Source of the DNA: an uncultured Chloroflexia bacterium
Lineage (GTDB): Bacteria; Chloroflexota; Limnocylindria; Limnocylindrales; CSP1-4
Direction of reading: 5' to 3'
Length of the DNA stretch: 64,000 nt
Assembly (NCBI GenBank): GCA_963819655.1
Contig: CAWFXA010000003.1
Coordinates: forward strand, 864,001 to 928,000
Made by a program: the position numbers and the translations under genes. Under the pieces are notes generated by a model that saw only the letters and a list, made by a program, of their open reading frames with translations, did no database searches and was not told where the DNA came from. The first letter of the stretch is position 1; every line of letters begins with the position of its first letter. Positions 9,463-20,163 of this stretch are shown here, one piece after another.

Positions 9463-9485
9463 ACGTCACCCCCCGAGACTGAAGC

Positions 9486-9513
9486 GAAGGGCGTCGCAGC
9501 GGCGACGCCCTTC
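9486..9513 (+). terminator. intercistronic stem-loop after the binding-protein gene
   Basis: GAAGGGCGTCGC-AGCG-GCGACGCCCTTC, a perfect 12-bp stem with only a weak U tail. Confidence 0.6.
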
Positions 9514-9560
9514 ACGTTATCCTCCCTCGACCAAGACGAGCGCTGAGGGGCGTCCACCGG

Positions 9561-10637
9561 GTGAGCCGATTCATCATCCGTCGACTCCTGACGAGCATTC
9601 CGGTCCTGATCGGGATCGTGCTGCTCGTGTTCATCCTCGCGCGGGTCATCCCTGGTGATCCCTGTACCGCCACGTACGGCGAAAAGGCGACGCCGGCCCT
9701 GTGTGCCGATTTCGAGGTCAGGTACGGGCTCGACAAGCCCATCTGGGAGCAGTTCGTCATCTACTTCGGCGCGCTCATCCAGGGAGACCTGGGCAGCTCG
9801 ATCCGGTTCGGCCGTCCCGTCTCCGAGATCCTCGTCGAACGGCTGCCGGTGACGCTCGAGCTGACCATCGTCTCGCTCCTGTTTGCCACCGTCGTGGGCA
9901 TCCCGCTCGGGCTGGTGTCGGCCACGAGGCGCAACTCCCCGGTCGACGTCGGGACGATGATGGTCGCGAACCTCGGTGTCTCGACGCCGGTCTTCGTGCT
10001 CGGCCTGCTCCTGGCGTTCATCTTCGCCGTCCTGCTCAAGGACACGCCCCTGGCGCTACCTCCGTCGGGGCGCCTGTCCCCGGGGGTAACGGTCGCGCCG
10101 CTCGCCGAGACGTGGGGCCTTCAGGACCTCGCAGGGCTTCCCCGGGCGGTCCTCGATTTCATCTCGAACATGTACGTGTTCAACACACTTCTGACCTTCC
10201 AGTGGGCGACGCTCGCTGACGCCCTGCGCCACCTCATCCTCCCGGCCATCGCGCTCGGCACGATCCCGCTTGCGATCATCGCGCGCATGACTCGTTCGAG
10301 CCTGCTCGAGGTGCTCGGCCAGGATTACGTCCGGACCGCTCGAGCGAAGGGGCTGCGCGAGCGATCCGTGGTCGTGCGCCACGGGATGCGCAATGCGCTG
10401 CTACCGGTCGTCACCGTGATCGGCCTCTCCCTCGGGGCGTTCCTGTCGGGCGCGGTCCTGACCGAGACGATCTTCAATCTCACGGGCATGGGGAAGACGC
10501 TGTTCGAGGCGATCTCGGGCCGCGACTACATCGTCATCCAGGGCGTGACGTTGATCGTCGCGATCGCCTATCTCGTGGTGAACCTCGTCGTCGACATCTC
10601 GTACGCGTTCCTCGACCCGCGGATCCGGCTGTCGTGA
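9561..10637 (+). CDS. dppB: dipeptide/oligopeptide ABC permease
   Basis: IPGDP, YGLDKPIWEQF, DALRHLILPA, EAA loop DYVRTARAKGL, DPRIR. Confidence 0.92.
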   Translation: MSRFIIRRLLTSIPVLIGIVLLVFILARVIPGDPCTATYGEKATPALCADFEVRYGLDKPIWEQFVIYFGALIQGDLGSSIRFGRPVSEILVERLPVTLELTIVSLLFATVVGIPLGLVSATRRNSPVDVGTMMVANLGVSTPVFVLGLLLAFIFAVLLKDTPLALPPSGRLSPGVTVAPLAETWGLQDLAGLPRAVLDFISNMYVFNTLLTFQWATLADALRHLILPAIALGTIPLAIIARMTRSSLLEVLGQDYVRTARAKGLRERSVVVRHGMRNALLPVVTVIGLSLGAFLSGAVLTETIFNLTGMGKTLFEAISGRDYIVIQGVTLIVAIAYLVVNLVVDISYAFLDPRIRLS

Positions 10638-10647
10638 GCGACGTCCG

Positions 10648-11589
10648 ATGACCGCGGCGCAGCCCACGGTCGACAGGACCGGCGAGGTCGTCGTCGCGGC
10701 GCCAGGATCGCTCCGACGCGACACGCTCCGCAACATCGTGCGCCAGCGGGCGGCAGTCATCGGCTTCACGATCCTGTTCGGGCTCATCGCGATCGCGGTC
10801 TTCGCGCCGGCGATCGCGCCGTACCCGCCGAACCAGTCGATGCTCGATATACCGGAACCCGGTACGCGCGGGGCTGCTCCGTGCATCCATGCCTTCGGCT
10901 GCCCTGCGGATCAACCGCAGCACATCATGGGTCTGGACTCGAACATCCGAGACGAGTTCAGCCGGGTGGTCTACGGCGCGCGCGTGTCGCTTCAGGTCGG
11001 TATCGTCACCGTGTCGTTCGCGATCGTCATCGGAACGGTGATCGGGGCGATCGCCGGATACGCGCGCGGGCGGACGGACGACATCCTCATGCGGTCGATG
11101 GACGTCGTGCTGTCGTTCCCGAGCCTGATCCTCGCCATCGCCATCGTGACCGTCCTCGGATCGGGGCTGTACGAGGCGATGATCGCGATCGCGATCGTGT
11201 CGATCCCTATCTATGCCCGGGTGATGCGCGCGTCCGTCCTGTCCGTCCGCGAGACCGACTTCGTCACCGCGTCGCGCGCGCTCGGCGAGTCGTCCACCGG
11301 GATCCTCTCCCGACGCATCCTCCCGAACGCGCTCACACCGCTCATCGTCCAGGGCACACTCGGGATCGGTGGCGCGATCCTCGAGGTCGCGGCCCTCTCG
11401 TTCGTCGGGCTCGGCGCTCAGCCGCCGACGGCGGAATGGGGCTTCATGATCGCCAGCGACCGGAACATGTTCTTCTCGGCGCCGCACTTGATCTTCTTCC
11501 CCGGTGTGGCGATCACCCTCAGCGTCCTCGCGTTCAACCTCATCGGCGACGGGCTGCGGGACGCGCTCGACCCGCGGCTGAACCGATGA
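10648..11589 (+). CDS. dppC: dipeptide/oligopeptide ABC permease
   Basis: [47 protein letters not shown]. Confidence 0.92.
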   Translation: MTAAQPTVDRTGEVVVAAPGSLRRDTLRNIVRQRAAVIGFTILFGLIAIAVFAPAIAPYPPNQSMLDIPEPGTRGAAPCIHAFGCPADQPQHIMGLDSNIRDEFSRVVYGARVSLQVGIVTVSFAIVIGTVIGAIAGYARGRTDDILMRSMDVVLSFPSLILAIAIVTVLGSGLYEAMIAIAIVSIPIYARVMRASVLSVRETDFVTASRALGESSTGILSRRILPNALTPLIVQGTLGIGGAILEVAALSFVGLGAQPPTAEWGFMIASDRNMFFSAPHLIFFPGVAITLSVLAFNLIGDGLRDALDPRLNR

Positions 11590-12737
11590 CCAACGAAGCA
11601 CGCCCGCTCGGGCCGGGCAGCGAGACGTTGCTCGATCCGTCGGTCGAGGGCGCGGTGATCGAGGAGCTCGTACCAGCTTCGAAGCGTCGCCCGAAGCACG
11701 AACGGGGCGCGAAGCCGCTTCTCGAGGTCCGCGGCCTGCGGACGACGTTCCACACGCGCGAGGGGGAGGTCCGCGCCGTCAGCGGCATCGACTTCCACGT
11801 CGACCGGGGCGAGATCATGGGGCTCGTCGGCGAATCGGGTTGCGGCAAAAGCGTGACGAGTCTCTCGATCATGCGCCTGGTCGCGAAACCCGGTCGCATC
11901 GAGAGCGGGCAGGTCATCTTCGACGGGCAGGACCTGCTGACGCTCCCCGAAGACACGATGCGCCGGTACCGCGGCGACCGGATCAGCATGATCTTCCAGC
12001 AGCCGCAGTCGTCGCTGAACCCGGTCTGGAACGTCGGCCGCCAGATCGAGGAGGTCCTGCGCATCCATCGCGGGATGAAAGGCAAGGCCGCCGAGGCGCG
12101 CGCGTTGGAGCTCTTGCGCATGGTCGGCATCCCGGATCCGGCCCGCCGCCTGAAGGCCTTCCCCCACGAGATGTCAGGCGGTATGGCCCAGCGCGTGATG
12201 ATCGCGATGGCGCTCGCGTGCGAACCTGAACTCCTGATCGCCGACGAGCCGACGACCGCGCTCGACGTCACGATCCAGGCGCAGATCCTCGACCTCATGC
12301 GCCACCTGCGCGACGAGACCGGGACCGCGATCATCCTCATCACCCACGACCTCGGCGTCGTCGCCGAGATGTGCGATCGGGTGGCCGTGATGTACGCCGG
12401 GGAGATCGTGGAGCAGAGCGACGTCACGACGCTGTTCCGACGCCCGTTGCACCCCTACACCCGCGGACTCATCGGTTCCATCCCTGTCGTCGGCGACGTC
12501 CGCGAGGAGCTCGCGGTCATCCCCGGCAATGTCCCCAACCTCATCGACCTCCCGACGGGGTGCCGATTCGCCCCACGCTGCCTGACGCGCATCGAGGAGG
12601 ACGTGACGCTGGCCACCGAGGTCCATCCCGAGCTGCTCCCGGTCACTCCCGGTCACGAGGTGCGCTGCTGGGTCTACCACGACGCGGCCGGCAGGCTCAT
12701 GCCCCGCGATGAACCGACGGTCGGAGCTGGCGCGTGA
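11586..12737 (+). CDS. dppD: peptide ABC transporter ATPase
   Basis: [46 protein letters not shown] overlap with dppC. Confidence 0.92.
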   Translation: MTNEARPLGPGSETLLDPSVEGAVIEELVPASKRRPKHERGAKPLLEVRGLRTTFHTREGEVRAVSGIDFHVDRGEIMGLVGESGCGKSVTSLSIMRLVAKPGRIESGQVIFDGQDLLTLPEDTMRRYRGDRISMIFQQPQSSLNPVWNVGRQIEEVLRIHRGMKGKAAEARALELLRMVGIPDPARRLKAFPHEMSGGMAQRVMIAMALACEPELLIADEPTTALDVTIQAQILDLMRHLRDETGTAIILITHDLGVVAEMCDRVAVMYAGEIVEQSDVTTLFRRPLHPYTRGLIGSIPVVGDVREELAVIPGNVPNLIDLPTGCRFAPRCLTRIEEDVTLATEVHPELLPVTPGHEVRCWVYHDAAGRLMPRDEPTVGAGA

Positions 12738-13798
12738 CGGACGGGGCGCCCCTTGTCGAAGTCCGCGACCTCGTCAAGCATTTCCCCGTCCGCGGCGGTG
12801 TGCTCCAGCGCACGATCGCGGTCGTCCAGGCGGTCGATGGGGTGAGTTTCGAGGTCGCCCGCGGCGAGACCCTGGGACTCGTGGGCGAATCGGGCTGTGG
12901 CAAGACGACGGTCGGGCGGCTGCTGCTGCGACTGATCGATCCGACGTCGGGCACGATCAAGTTCGACGGGCGTGACATCACGACGGTCAAGGGCGCCGAT
13001 CTCAAGCCATACCGCCGACGCATGCAGATCATCTTCCAGGATCCATACGCCAGCCTCGACCCGCGGACCCCGATCGCCGACAGCATCGGCGAGGGTCTGC
13101 GCATCCACGGCATCGGCACTACGGCGGAGCGGCGGGCGAAGGTCGCCAAGACGATGGACATGGTCGGCCTCCAGCCGTATCACGCACGCCGCTATCCCCA
13201 CGAGTTCTCCGGCGGGCAACGCCAGCGCATCGGGATCGCTCGAGCTCTGGTCCTCGAACCCGACCTCGTCGTCTGCGACGAGCCGGTGTCCGCGCTCGAT
13301 GTGTCCATCCAGGCGCAGGTGCTCAACCTCCTCAAGTCGCTCCAACGTGAGCTACGGCTCACCTATGTGTTCGTCGCTCACAACATGGGTGTCGTCGAGC
13401 ACATAAGCGACCGCGTGGCGGTGATGTACCTCGGGCGCATCGCCGAGGTTGCCGAGCGGATCGATCTCTTCCGCCACCAGGAGCATCCGTACACGGAAGC
13501 GTTGATGTCGGCGATCCCGATACCCGATCCCGAGATCCGCCGGCAGCGCGTCATCCTGACCGGCGACGTGCCAAGCCCGGTGAATCCGCCGTCCGGTTGC
13601 CGCTTCCATCCTCGCTGCCCGCTGCGAGCGTCGCTCGGCGATCCGGCGATCTGCGCCGTGGACACGCCGCCGCTCGTGGACGTGGGTTCAGGACACCTCG
13701 CCGCATGCCATTTCCGGGGACCTCGCGCCGAAGAGAATCTCGCTCGGCACGGGCACGCGAACGCCCCCCTCGCGGTCGCATCTGCAGAGCTGGCCTGA
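12734..13798 (+). CDS. dppF: peptide ABC transporter ATPase
   Basis: [39 protein letters not shown]. Confidence 0.92.
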   Translation: MTDGAPLVEVRDLVKHFPVRGGVLQRTIAVVQAVDGVSFEVARGETLGLVGESGCGKTTVGRLLLRLIDPTSGTIKFDGRDITTVKGADLKPYRRRMQIIFQDPYASLDPRTPIADSIGEGLRIHGIGTTAERRAKVAKTMDMVGLQPYHARRYPHEFSGGQRQRIGIARALVLEPDLVVCDEPVSALDVSIQAQVLNLLKSLQRELRLTYVFVAHNMGVVEHISDRVAVMYLGRIAEVAERIDLFRHQEHPYTEALMSAIPIPDPEIRRQRVILTGDVPSPVNPPSGCRFHPRCPLRASLGDPAICAVDTPPLVDVGSGHLAACHFRGPRAEENLARHGHANAPLAVASAELA

Positions 13799-13824
13799 CG
13801 CGGGCACGATCGTCAAGACGAGCG

Positions 13825-15090
13825 TCAACTCGGGCCCGGACCGCTCCCTTTCGGCGAGGCCGCCGCCCCGTTCGAACCGTCGGTCGCGTCGGTCTCCTCG
13901 GTCAGCGTCCCGATCACTGTCTCCGCGACAGCGACCGTCTGCGCCTCGGATTGGGCCCCGCCGTCCTCCGGACGGATCGTGGCCAGTGCCGCTTCGGGTG
14001 TCCCGCGCCGGACCGGGTTCATCTCGATGTGCGCGACTCCCACGTCGGTCGCCTGGGCCTGCTCGGCAAAGTGGCAGGCCGCTCCGTGGTCACCCTGCAG
14101 GGTCAGGATCGGCGGGTCGACCGTGCGGCATTGCTCGGGCTTGCCGAGCCGCTCGTAGAGCCAGCAGCGGGTGTGGAAGCGGCAGCCCTCGGGCGGGTTG
14201 ACCGGGCTTGGCACGTCGCCGGTGAGGATCACCCGCTTGCGCTTGCGCTCGAGCACCGGATCGGGCACGGGGACGGCCGAGAGGAGTGCCCGGGTGTACG
14301 GGTGACCTGGGTTCGCGTACATGATGTCCGGCGGTCCGATCTCGACGATCTTGCCGAGATACATCACCGCCACCCGGTCGCTGATGTGCTTCACGACCGA
14401 CAGGTCGTGGGCGATGAATAGGTAGGTCAGCCCGAGCTGCTCGCGCAGGTCGGTCAGCAGGTTCAGCACCTGGGCCTGGATCGACACGTCCAGGGCCGAG
14501 ATCGGCTCGTCGCACACGATGAACTCGGGCTCGACGGCCAACGCCCGGGCGACGCCGATGCGCTGCCGCTGGCCACCGGAGAACTCGTGCGGATAGCGGC
14601 TGACATAGTTCGGATCGAGCCCGACGATCCGAAGCAGGTCGGCCACGCGCTCCTTGCGCGCTGTCCCGGACACCAGATGATGGGTGTCGATGGGCTCGGA
14701 GATGATCGACCCGACGGTCATCCGCGGATCGAGCGAGCCGTATGGGTCCTGGAAGATGATCTGCATCCGGCGGCGCATCTTGCGAAGTGGCTCGCTCTTG
14801 AGTTGGCCGAGATCGATCCCGTCGAACCGGACCGTGCCCTCGGTCACATCCCGCAGGCGGATGAGCGCGCGACCGGTGGTGCTCTTGCCGCAGCCCGACT
14901 CGCCCACGAGCCCGAGCGTCTCGCCCTTGCGGATCTCGAAGGAGACCCCATCGACGGCCTTCACCGTGCCGACCTTCTGCTGGAAGATGCCGGCTCGGAT
15001 CGGGAAGTAGACCTTGAGATCCTCGACTTCGACCAGGTTGGGTTGCGGCGCTGCAGGCGCCGTGCCGGCCTCGGGCAGCGTGACGGTCAT
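13825..15090 (-). CDS. oppF: oligopeptide ABC transporter ATPase
   Basis: [37 protein letters not shown]; long C-terminal tail. Confidence 0.92.
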   Translation of the reverse strand: MTVTLPEAGTAPAAPQPNLVEVEDLKVYFPIRAGIFQQKVGTVKAVDGVSFEIRKGETLGLVGESGCGKSTTGRALIRLRDVTEGTVRFDGIDLGQLKSEPLRKMRRRMQIIFQDPYGSLDPRMTVGSIISEPIDTHHLVSGTARKERVADLLRIVGLDPNYVSRYPHEFSGGQRQRIGVARALAVEPEFIVCDEPISALDVSIQAQVLNLLTDLREQLGLTYLFIAHDLSVVKHISDRVAVMYLGKIVEIGPPDIMYANPGHPYTRALLSAVPVPDPVLERKRKRVILTGDVPSPVNPPEGCRFHTRCWLYERLGKPEQCRTVDPPILTLQGDHGAACHFAEQAQATDVGVAHIEMNPVRRGTPEAALATIRPEDGGAQSEAQTVAVAETVIGTLTEETDATDGSNGAAASPKGSGPGPS

Positions 15091-16196
15091 GGGATCCACC
15101 CATCGGGTTGGGTCGCCCAGCAGCGGGCGGCGTGGAGCGTCTGGCCTCGGAGCGTGAGATCCGGTTCGTCGTCCCGGCAGATGTCGCGCGCGAACCGGCA
15201 GCGTGGCTCGAACCGACACGCGTCGGGTGGTGTGATGAGCAGCGGTGGCAGACCCTCGATCGTACGCAGCCGGTCACCCCGGATGTCATCGAGCCGCGGC
15301 AGCGAATCGAGCAGGCCCCACGAGTAGGGCATGCGCGGGTTCTCGAAGAGCTCGTCGACCGTGCCGGTCTCGACGATGCGGCCGGCATACATGACGTTGA
15401 CCCGGTCGCACATCCCGGCCGCGATGCCGAGGTCGTGGGTGATCATGAGCACGGCCGTGTGGAACTCGTCGGACAGCAGCTGGATCAACTCGAGGATCTG
15501 AGCCTGGATCGTGACGTCCAGCGCAGTCGTCGGCTCGTCGGCCAGGATGAGCTTCGGATCGCACGACAGGGCGATGGCGATCATGACGCGCTGGCGCATC
15601 CCGCCCGAGAACTGGTGCGGGTAGTCGTTCAAGCGGTCCTTGGCACGCGGGATCCCGACCTTGCCCAGGAGCTCCGCGACCCGATCGCGGGCTGCCTTCT
15701 GTGAGAGGCCCATGTGCTGTCGGATCGATTCGGCGATCTGATAGCCGATGGTGAGCGTCGGGTTCAGGCTCGTCAGGGGATCCTGGAAGATGAACCCGAT
15801 CTCCTTGCCGCGCAGATGGCGCATCTCGTCCTGGTCGAGCTTGAGGACGTCGATCCCATCGAAGATGATGTCGCCGGCCACGATCCGGCCGGGTGGGTTC
15901 GGGACGAGCCGCGCGACCGACAGGGCGGTCACGCTCTTGCCACAGCCGGATTCGCCGACGAGCCCGAGCGTCTCCCCGTAGGCGATATCGAAGCTGACGT
16001 CGTCGACGGCCTGCACGACGCCGTCGGGCGTGAAGAAGTGCGTCGAGAGCCCGGTGACCGTCAGGAGCTTCTCGGTCCTGGGGTCCACCGGCGGCTTCGG
16101 GTTCGCCTCCACCTGGACCTTGCGCGCATCCTCGGGCGAGACCTCGATGATCGTGGGCGAGGCGGAGTCGGTCATCGTGTCATCGACCGTCGCCAC
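15087..16196 (-). CDS. oppD: oligopeptide ABC transporter ATPase
   Basis: [31 protein letters not shown]. Confidence 0.92.
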   Translation of the reverse strand: MATVDDTMTDSASPTIIEVSPEDARKVQVEANPKPPVDPRTEKLLTVTGLSTHFFTPDGVVQAVDDVSFDIAYGETLGLVGESGCGKSVTALSVARLVPNPPGRIVAGDIIFDGIDVLKLDQDEMRHLRGKEIGFIFQDPLTSLNPTLTIGYQIAESIRQHMGLSQKAARDRVAELLGKVGIPRAKDRLNDYPHQFSGGMRQRVMIAIALSCDPKLILADEPTTALDVTIQAQILELIQLLSDEFHTAVLMITHDLGIAAGMCDRVNVMYAGRIVETGTVDELFENPRMPYSWGLLDSLPRLDDIRGDRLRTIEGLPPLLITPPDACRFEPRCRFARDICRDDEPDLTLRGQTLHAARCWATQPDGWIP

Positions 16197-17135
16197 CTAC
16201 TGCTTGCCCTTGAGCTTCGGGTCGAGGGCGTCGCGCAGGCCGTCACCGAGGAACGTGAAGCCGACCAGCGCGAGCGCGATCGCGATCGCCGGGAACACGA
16301 CGAGGTGCGGCTCCGACCTGATGTACTTCTGACCCTCCGCGATGAGGCTGCCCCACGACGCGCGCGGAGGCTGGACGCCGATGCCGATGTAGGCCAGCGT
16401 CGCCTCCGCCAGGATCGCGGCGGGGATGCCCAGCGTCACCGCGACGATGATCGGGCCGATGCCATTCGGCAGCAGATGCCGTGTGACGATCCTGCGATCC
16501 GCCACGCCGATCGCCCGGGCTGCCTCGACGAATTCCGTCTCCTTGAGCGACAGCATCTGACCGCGCACGAGGCGGGCCACCGTCACCCACGAGGTCAGAC
16601 CGATGGCGACGAACACCAGCAACAATCCGTCGAGCGCCTGACCGAAGACCGTCTCTCGGAACGCGACGGACATCAGGATGATGAACAGCAGGTCGGGGAA
16701 CGCGTAGATGATGTCCGTGAAACGCATCAGCAGGTTGTCGAGACGGCCGCCGAACCAACCCGCGATCGCGCCGATCGGGACGCCGATACCCAGGATGACG
16801 ATCTGGACCACGAAGGCGACGCTGACGCTGATGCGCGCGCCGTCGAGGAGGCGGCTCAGCAGATCGCGACCCAGCTGATCCGTCCCGAGGACATGACCCG
16901 GACTCAGCGGCGGCAGCGGACCGCCACCAGCCGCGAAGACGGCCGCCAGGTCCTGCTGCGAATACGGGTACGGCGCGAGCAACGGCCCGAAGACGCCGAC
17001 GAACACCAGACCGATCACCAGGAACAGACCGACGACGGCCAGTCGATTCTTGCGCAGGCGGCCCCACGCGTCCCGCCACAGCCCGGTGGAACGCGGTCGA
17101 GCGATGCGACCCGCGACGGCGGTTGGAGTTGCCAT
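16197..17135 (-). CDS. oppC: oligopeptide ABC permease
   Basis: [41 protein letters not shown]. Confidence 0.92.
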   Translation of the reverse strand: MATPTAVAGRIARPRSTGLWRDAWGRLRKNRLAVVGLFLVIGLVFVGVFGPLLAPYPYSQQDLAAVFAAGGGPLPPLSPGHVLGTDQLGRDLLSRLLDGARISVSVAFVVQIVILGIGVPIGAIAGWFGGRLDNLLMRFTDIIYAFPDLLFIILMSVAFRETVFGQALDGLLLVFVAIGLTSWVTVARLVRGQMLSLKETEFVEAARAIGVADRRIVTRHLLPNGIGPIIVAVTLGIPAAILAEATLAYIGIGVQPPRASWGSLIAEGQKYIRSEPHLVVFPAIAIALALVGFTFLGDGLRDALDPKLKGKQ

Positions 17136-17144
17136 CGTCCGCTC

Positions 17145-18062
17145 CTAGCTGTACCGGATCCGTGGGTCGATGTAGGCGTACAAGACGTCGACCACGACGT
17201 TGAGGAAGGCGATCGCGAACGCATACAGCATCGTCATCGCCATCAACAGGCTGTAGTCGCGCGTGCTGATCGCCGAGATGTAGAAGCGACCGATCCCCGG
17301 GACGCTGAAGATGGTCTCGATGATGAATGAGCCGGTGACCAGGAATGCGAGGGTCGGGCCGAGGATCGTCACGACCGGGATCAGCGCATTGCGGATCATG
17401 TGGCGCGACACGACCGACCTGTTGCCCAGGCCCTTGCTGTGCGCCGTCCGGATGTAGTCCTTGCGCGTCACCTCGAGCATCGACGCGCGCGTGTAGCGCG
17501 CGATGACCGCGATCGGGAAGCCGGCCAGGGCGACCGTCGGTAACACCCAGTACTGCGGCCCCTTCCAGCCCCCGGTCGGGAACCAACCGAGTTCGACGGC
17601 GAACACGACGACGAGCAGGATCGCCAGGACGAAGCTCGGCGTCGCGATGCCGATGATCGATACCGAGGTCGACAGGTAGTCCGGCGCGCGGTTGTGGCCG
17701 AGGGCGGCGAGGACGCCGAGCGGGATCCCGACGACGACAGAGAGCGTGAAGGCCATGATGCCCAGCTGGACCGTGGTCCCGATCCCATCCGCGACGATGT
17801 CGTTGACCCGCCGGTCTCTGGATCGATAGGACGGTCCGAGATCGCCCGTGACGAACGCGCCCGCCCACTGGATGTATTGCTCGTAGATGGGCTTGTCGAG
17901 CCCGTATTGGGCGTTGAGGCGTGCCTGGACACCCGCAGGCAGACGCTTCTCGGCATCCCACGGCCCGCCCGGGACGGCATGCATCAGAGCAAAGGTGATG
18001 ATCGAGACTGCGAACAGGACCGGGATGATCCACAGGATCCGCCGGGCGAGGTAGGTGATCAC
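17145..18062 (-). CDS. oppB: oligopeptide ABC permease
   Basis: VPGGPW, YGLDKP, GDLGPSY, DYIRTAHSKGL, DPRIRY. Confidence 0.92.
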   Translation of the reverse strand: MITYLARRILWIIPVLFAVSIITFALMHAVPGGPWDAEKRLPAGVQARLNAQYGLDKPIYEQYIQWAGAFVTGDLGPSYRSRDRRVNDIVADGIGTTVQLGIMAFTLSVVVGIPLGVLAALGHNRAPDYLSTSVSIIGIATPSFVLAILLVVVFAVELGWFPTGGWKGPQYWVLPTVALAGFPIAVIARYTRASMLEVTRKDYIRTAHSKGLGNRSVVSRHMIRNALIPVVTILGPTLAFLVTGSFIIETIFSVPGIGRFYISAISTRDYSLLMAMTMLYAFAIAFLNVVVDVLYAYIDPRIRYS

Positions 18063-18111
18063 AGGCTCACTCGCGGTCTTCTGATGCCTTCCTGGACGGT
18101 GGTCGATGGAT

Positions 18112-18140
18112 GATGGGCCGGCCCTGAGGACCGGCCCATC
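18112..18140 (-). terminator. intercistronic stem-loop after oppA
   Basis: Minus strand GATGGGCCGGTCC-TCA-GGGCCGGCCCATC, a 13-bp stem with one G-U pair and no U-tract. Confidence 0.6.
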
Positions 18141-18159
18141 GGTTGGTCGTCGTTGACGA

Positions 18160-19917
18160 CTAGTGCTTCAGGATCTTGATGGTCTCGGCGAACTTGTCGC
18201 CGGGGTTGTTGTGGTCGATCGGCGTGATGATCTCCCCGTCCACATAAGGCTTCAGGACCGTCGCGAAGTCCCTGAAGAGGAGCGGGAGGTCTGCCGCATC
18301 GTCCGCGAGGATCTTCCCCGCCTGCTTGTACAGGTCGGCCTGTTTCGCCGGATCAGCCTCGCTCGCCGCCTCGAGGAGGAGCGCGTCGAAGGCTGGGTTG
18401 CAGTACTGGCTGTTGTTGTTTCCTCCACCGCAGGTGAAGTTGCCGCTGAGCTGGTTGTTGGCGTGTGGGTAGTCGGCACCCCATGCATCCCTGGCGATGT
18501 CGTACTCGCCGGCGGTCCGCTGGGTGAGGAAGACGCTGAACTCGCTGCCGATCTGATCGAATTTCAGACCGAAGGCCTGAGTCCAAGCCTCGGCCAGGAA
18601 TGCCACCCGAGGCTCATGACCGGCCCCCGTATTGAAGCCGAACTTCAGCGTGGGGATGTCCGCGGCACTGGCGTACCCGATCGCCGCCATGGCGGTCTCC
18701 ATTTTCGCCTTGGCCTCATCGAGGTTGAAGGGATACGGATCGATGGTCTCGTCGTAGCCAGGAAGGCCCGGCATCACGAAGCTATTGGCCACCGTGCCGA
18801 TCCCGGACCAGGTGGCATCGATGAACGCCTGCTTGTCGATCGCCTGGGTCAACGCGATCCGGAAGTCCTTGTTGACGGTCGGGCAGGTCTTTTCGTCCGG
18901 ACAACGGGCGAGCTTGCCCTCGCCGGAGGGATCGACGCCGTTGTTGTAGTCGTAGTGTGCGATCCCGAGCGTGGGGATCACCGAGTACTGGTCGGCGAAT
19001 GCCGGATCGTCCCTGATCCGCGCGATGTCCTCGTCCGGGATCGGGTAGACGGAATCGACCTCGTCGGCCTCGTAGGCACGCTGTGCCTCGGCGAGCTCGG
19101 CGAAGATCGGCATCTGGATCTCGGTCAGCGTCGGCTTCTCGCCGTACCAATTCGGGTTGGGCTTCAGCACGATCTGCGCGTTGTGGTCCCAGCTCTCCAC
19201 GGTGAACGGCCCGGAACCCACATAGTTGCCGGTCTCGGTGGCACCTGTAGAGGTGATCCACTTCTCCTGGATCGGGACCGTCACCCACATCGTGGCGACG
19301 CTCAGGAAATAGGTCGCCGGAATGGAGAGCGTGACGACGAACGTCTTCTCATCCGTGGCTTCGACGCCGAACTTGTCGAGCGCGGCCTCGACGGCCGCAT
19401 CTGTCGCGGCCGGCGTCGCTCCGGCCATGTCGAGCAGGTCCCCGCCACCCACGACCTCGCCCATGACGTAGCTGTATGGAGCGGCCGTGCGTGGGTCGAC
19501 CAACCGCTTCCAGCTGTACACCAGATCAGCCGCGACGATCGGATCGCCGTTGCTGTACTGGGCGTCCTTCAGGTGGAAGGTGATGGTCTTGGCATCGGGC
19601 GAGATGTCCCATGACTCGGCCAAGCCCGGCACCAGGTTCAGGTCCTTGTCGATGTAGACCAGGCCTCGCTGGACCGACGTCAGAACGGCCGTCGACTGGG
19701 AGTCCTGGGCCATGGTGGGATCAAGCGTGGCCGGATCCTGGATCAGCGGCCAGCGGATGATCTGCTCGTCTGCAAGTTCGGCGGACGGCTCGGTCGACGG
19801 CGCCGTCGACTCGCCGGGAGCGACGCTCGCCGGGGCCGGTGTCGTCGTCGTGCCGCCGCACGCGGAAGCGATGATCGCGACCGCGCCGACGAGGGCGAGG
19901 AGACGTTTCTGCGACAT
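18160..19917 (-). CDS. oppA: oligopeptide ABC substrate-binding lipoprotein (canonical domain order)
   Basis: Lipobox ASAC; DPATLDP and PGLAESWDIS near the N-terminus; GSGPF; RDAWGADY. Confidence 0.92.
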   Translation of the reverse strand: MSQKRLLALVGAVAIIASACGGTTTTPAPASVAPGESTAPSTEPSAELADEQIIRWPLIQDPATLDPTMAQDSQSTAVLTSVQRGLVYIDKDLNLVPGLAESWDISPDAKTITFHLKDAQYSNGDPIVAADLVYSWKRLVDPRTAAPYSYVMGEVVGGGDLLDMAGATPAATDAAVEAALDKFGVEATDEKTFVVTLSIPATYFLSVATMWVTVPIQEKWITSTGATETGNYVGSGPFTVESWDHNAQIVLKPNPNWYGEKPTLTEIQMPIFAELAEAQRAYEADEVDSVYPIPDEDIARIRDDPAFADQYSVIPTLGIAHYDYNNGVDPSGEGKLARCPDEKTCPTVNKDFRIALTQAIDKQAFIDATWSGIGTVANSFVMPGLPGYDETIDPYPFNLDEAKAKMETAMAAIGYASAADIPTLKFGFNTGAGHEPRVAFLAEAWTQAFGLKFDQIGSEFSVFLTQRTAGEYDIARDAWGADYPHANNQLSGNFTCGGGNNNSQYCNPAFDALLLEAASEADPAKQADLYKQAGKILADDAADLPLLFRDFATVLKPYVDGEIITPIDHNNPGDKFAETIKILKH

Positions 19918-20111
19918 GTGTGTCCCTTTCACGTGACCGTCGCCACGGTCTCCTGCCGTGACGTCCGGAGTTGTTCGGGCACGTCTCGGTCGTATCCGGC
20001 GACCTCGACGCGTTGACCGACCTCGGCGCCAGACGATCCTCCCATCGCTGTCGCCGTGCGCGAAGGCACCCGCGGTCACGATGACGAGCCGCGGGCCTCA
20101 AGATGGCGCCT

Positions 20112-20140
20112 ATCATTCACACGCAGGTCGGACCCGTCAA
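20112..20140 (-). promoter_or_regulatory. putative sigma-70 promoter of the opp operon
   Basis: TTGACG-17 nt-AATGAT on the minus strand. Confidence 0.45.
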
Positions 20141-20163
20141 CATCACGACGTCCCGCTCCACGA

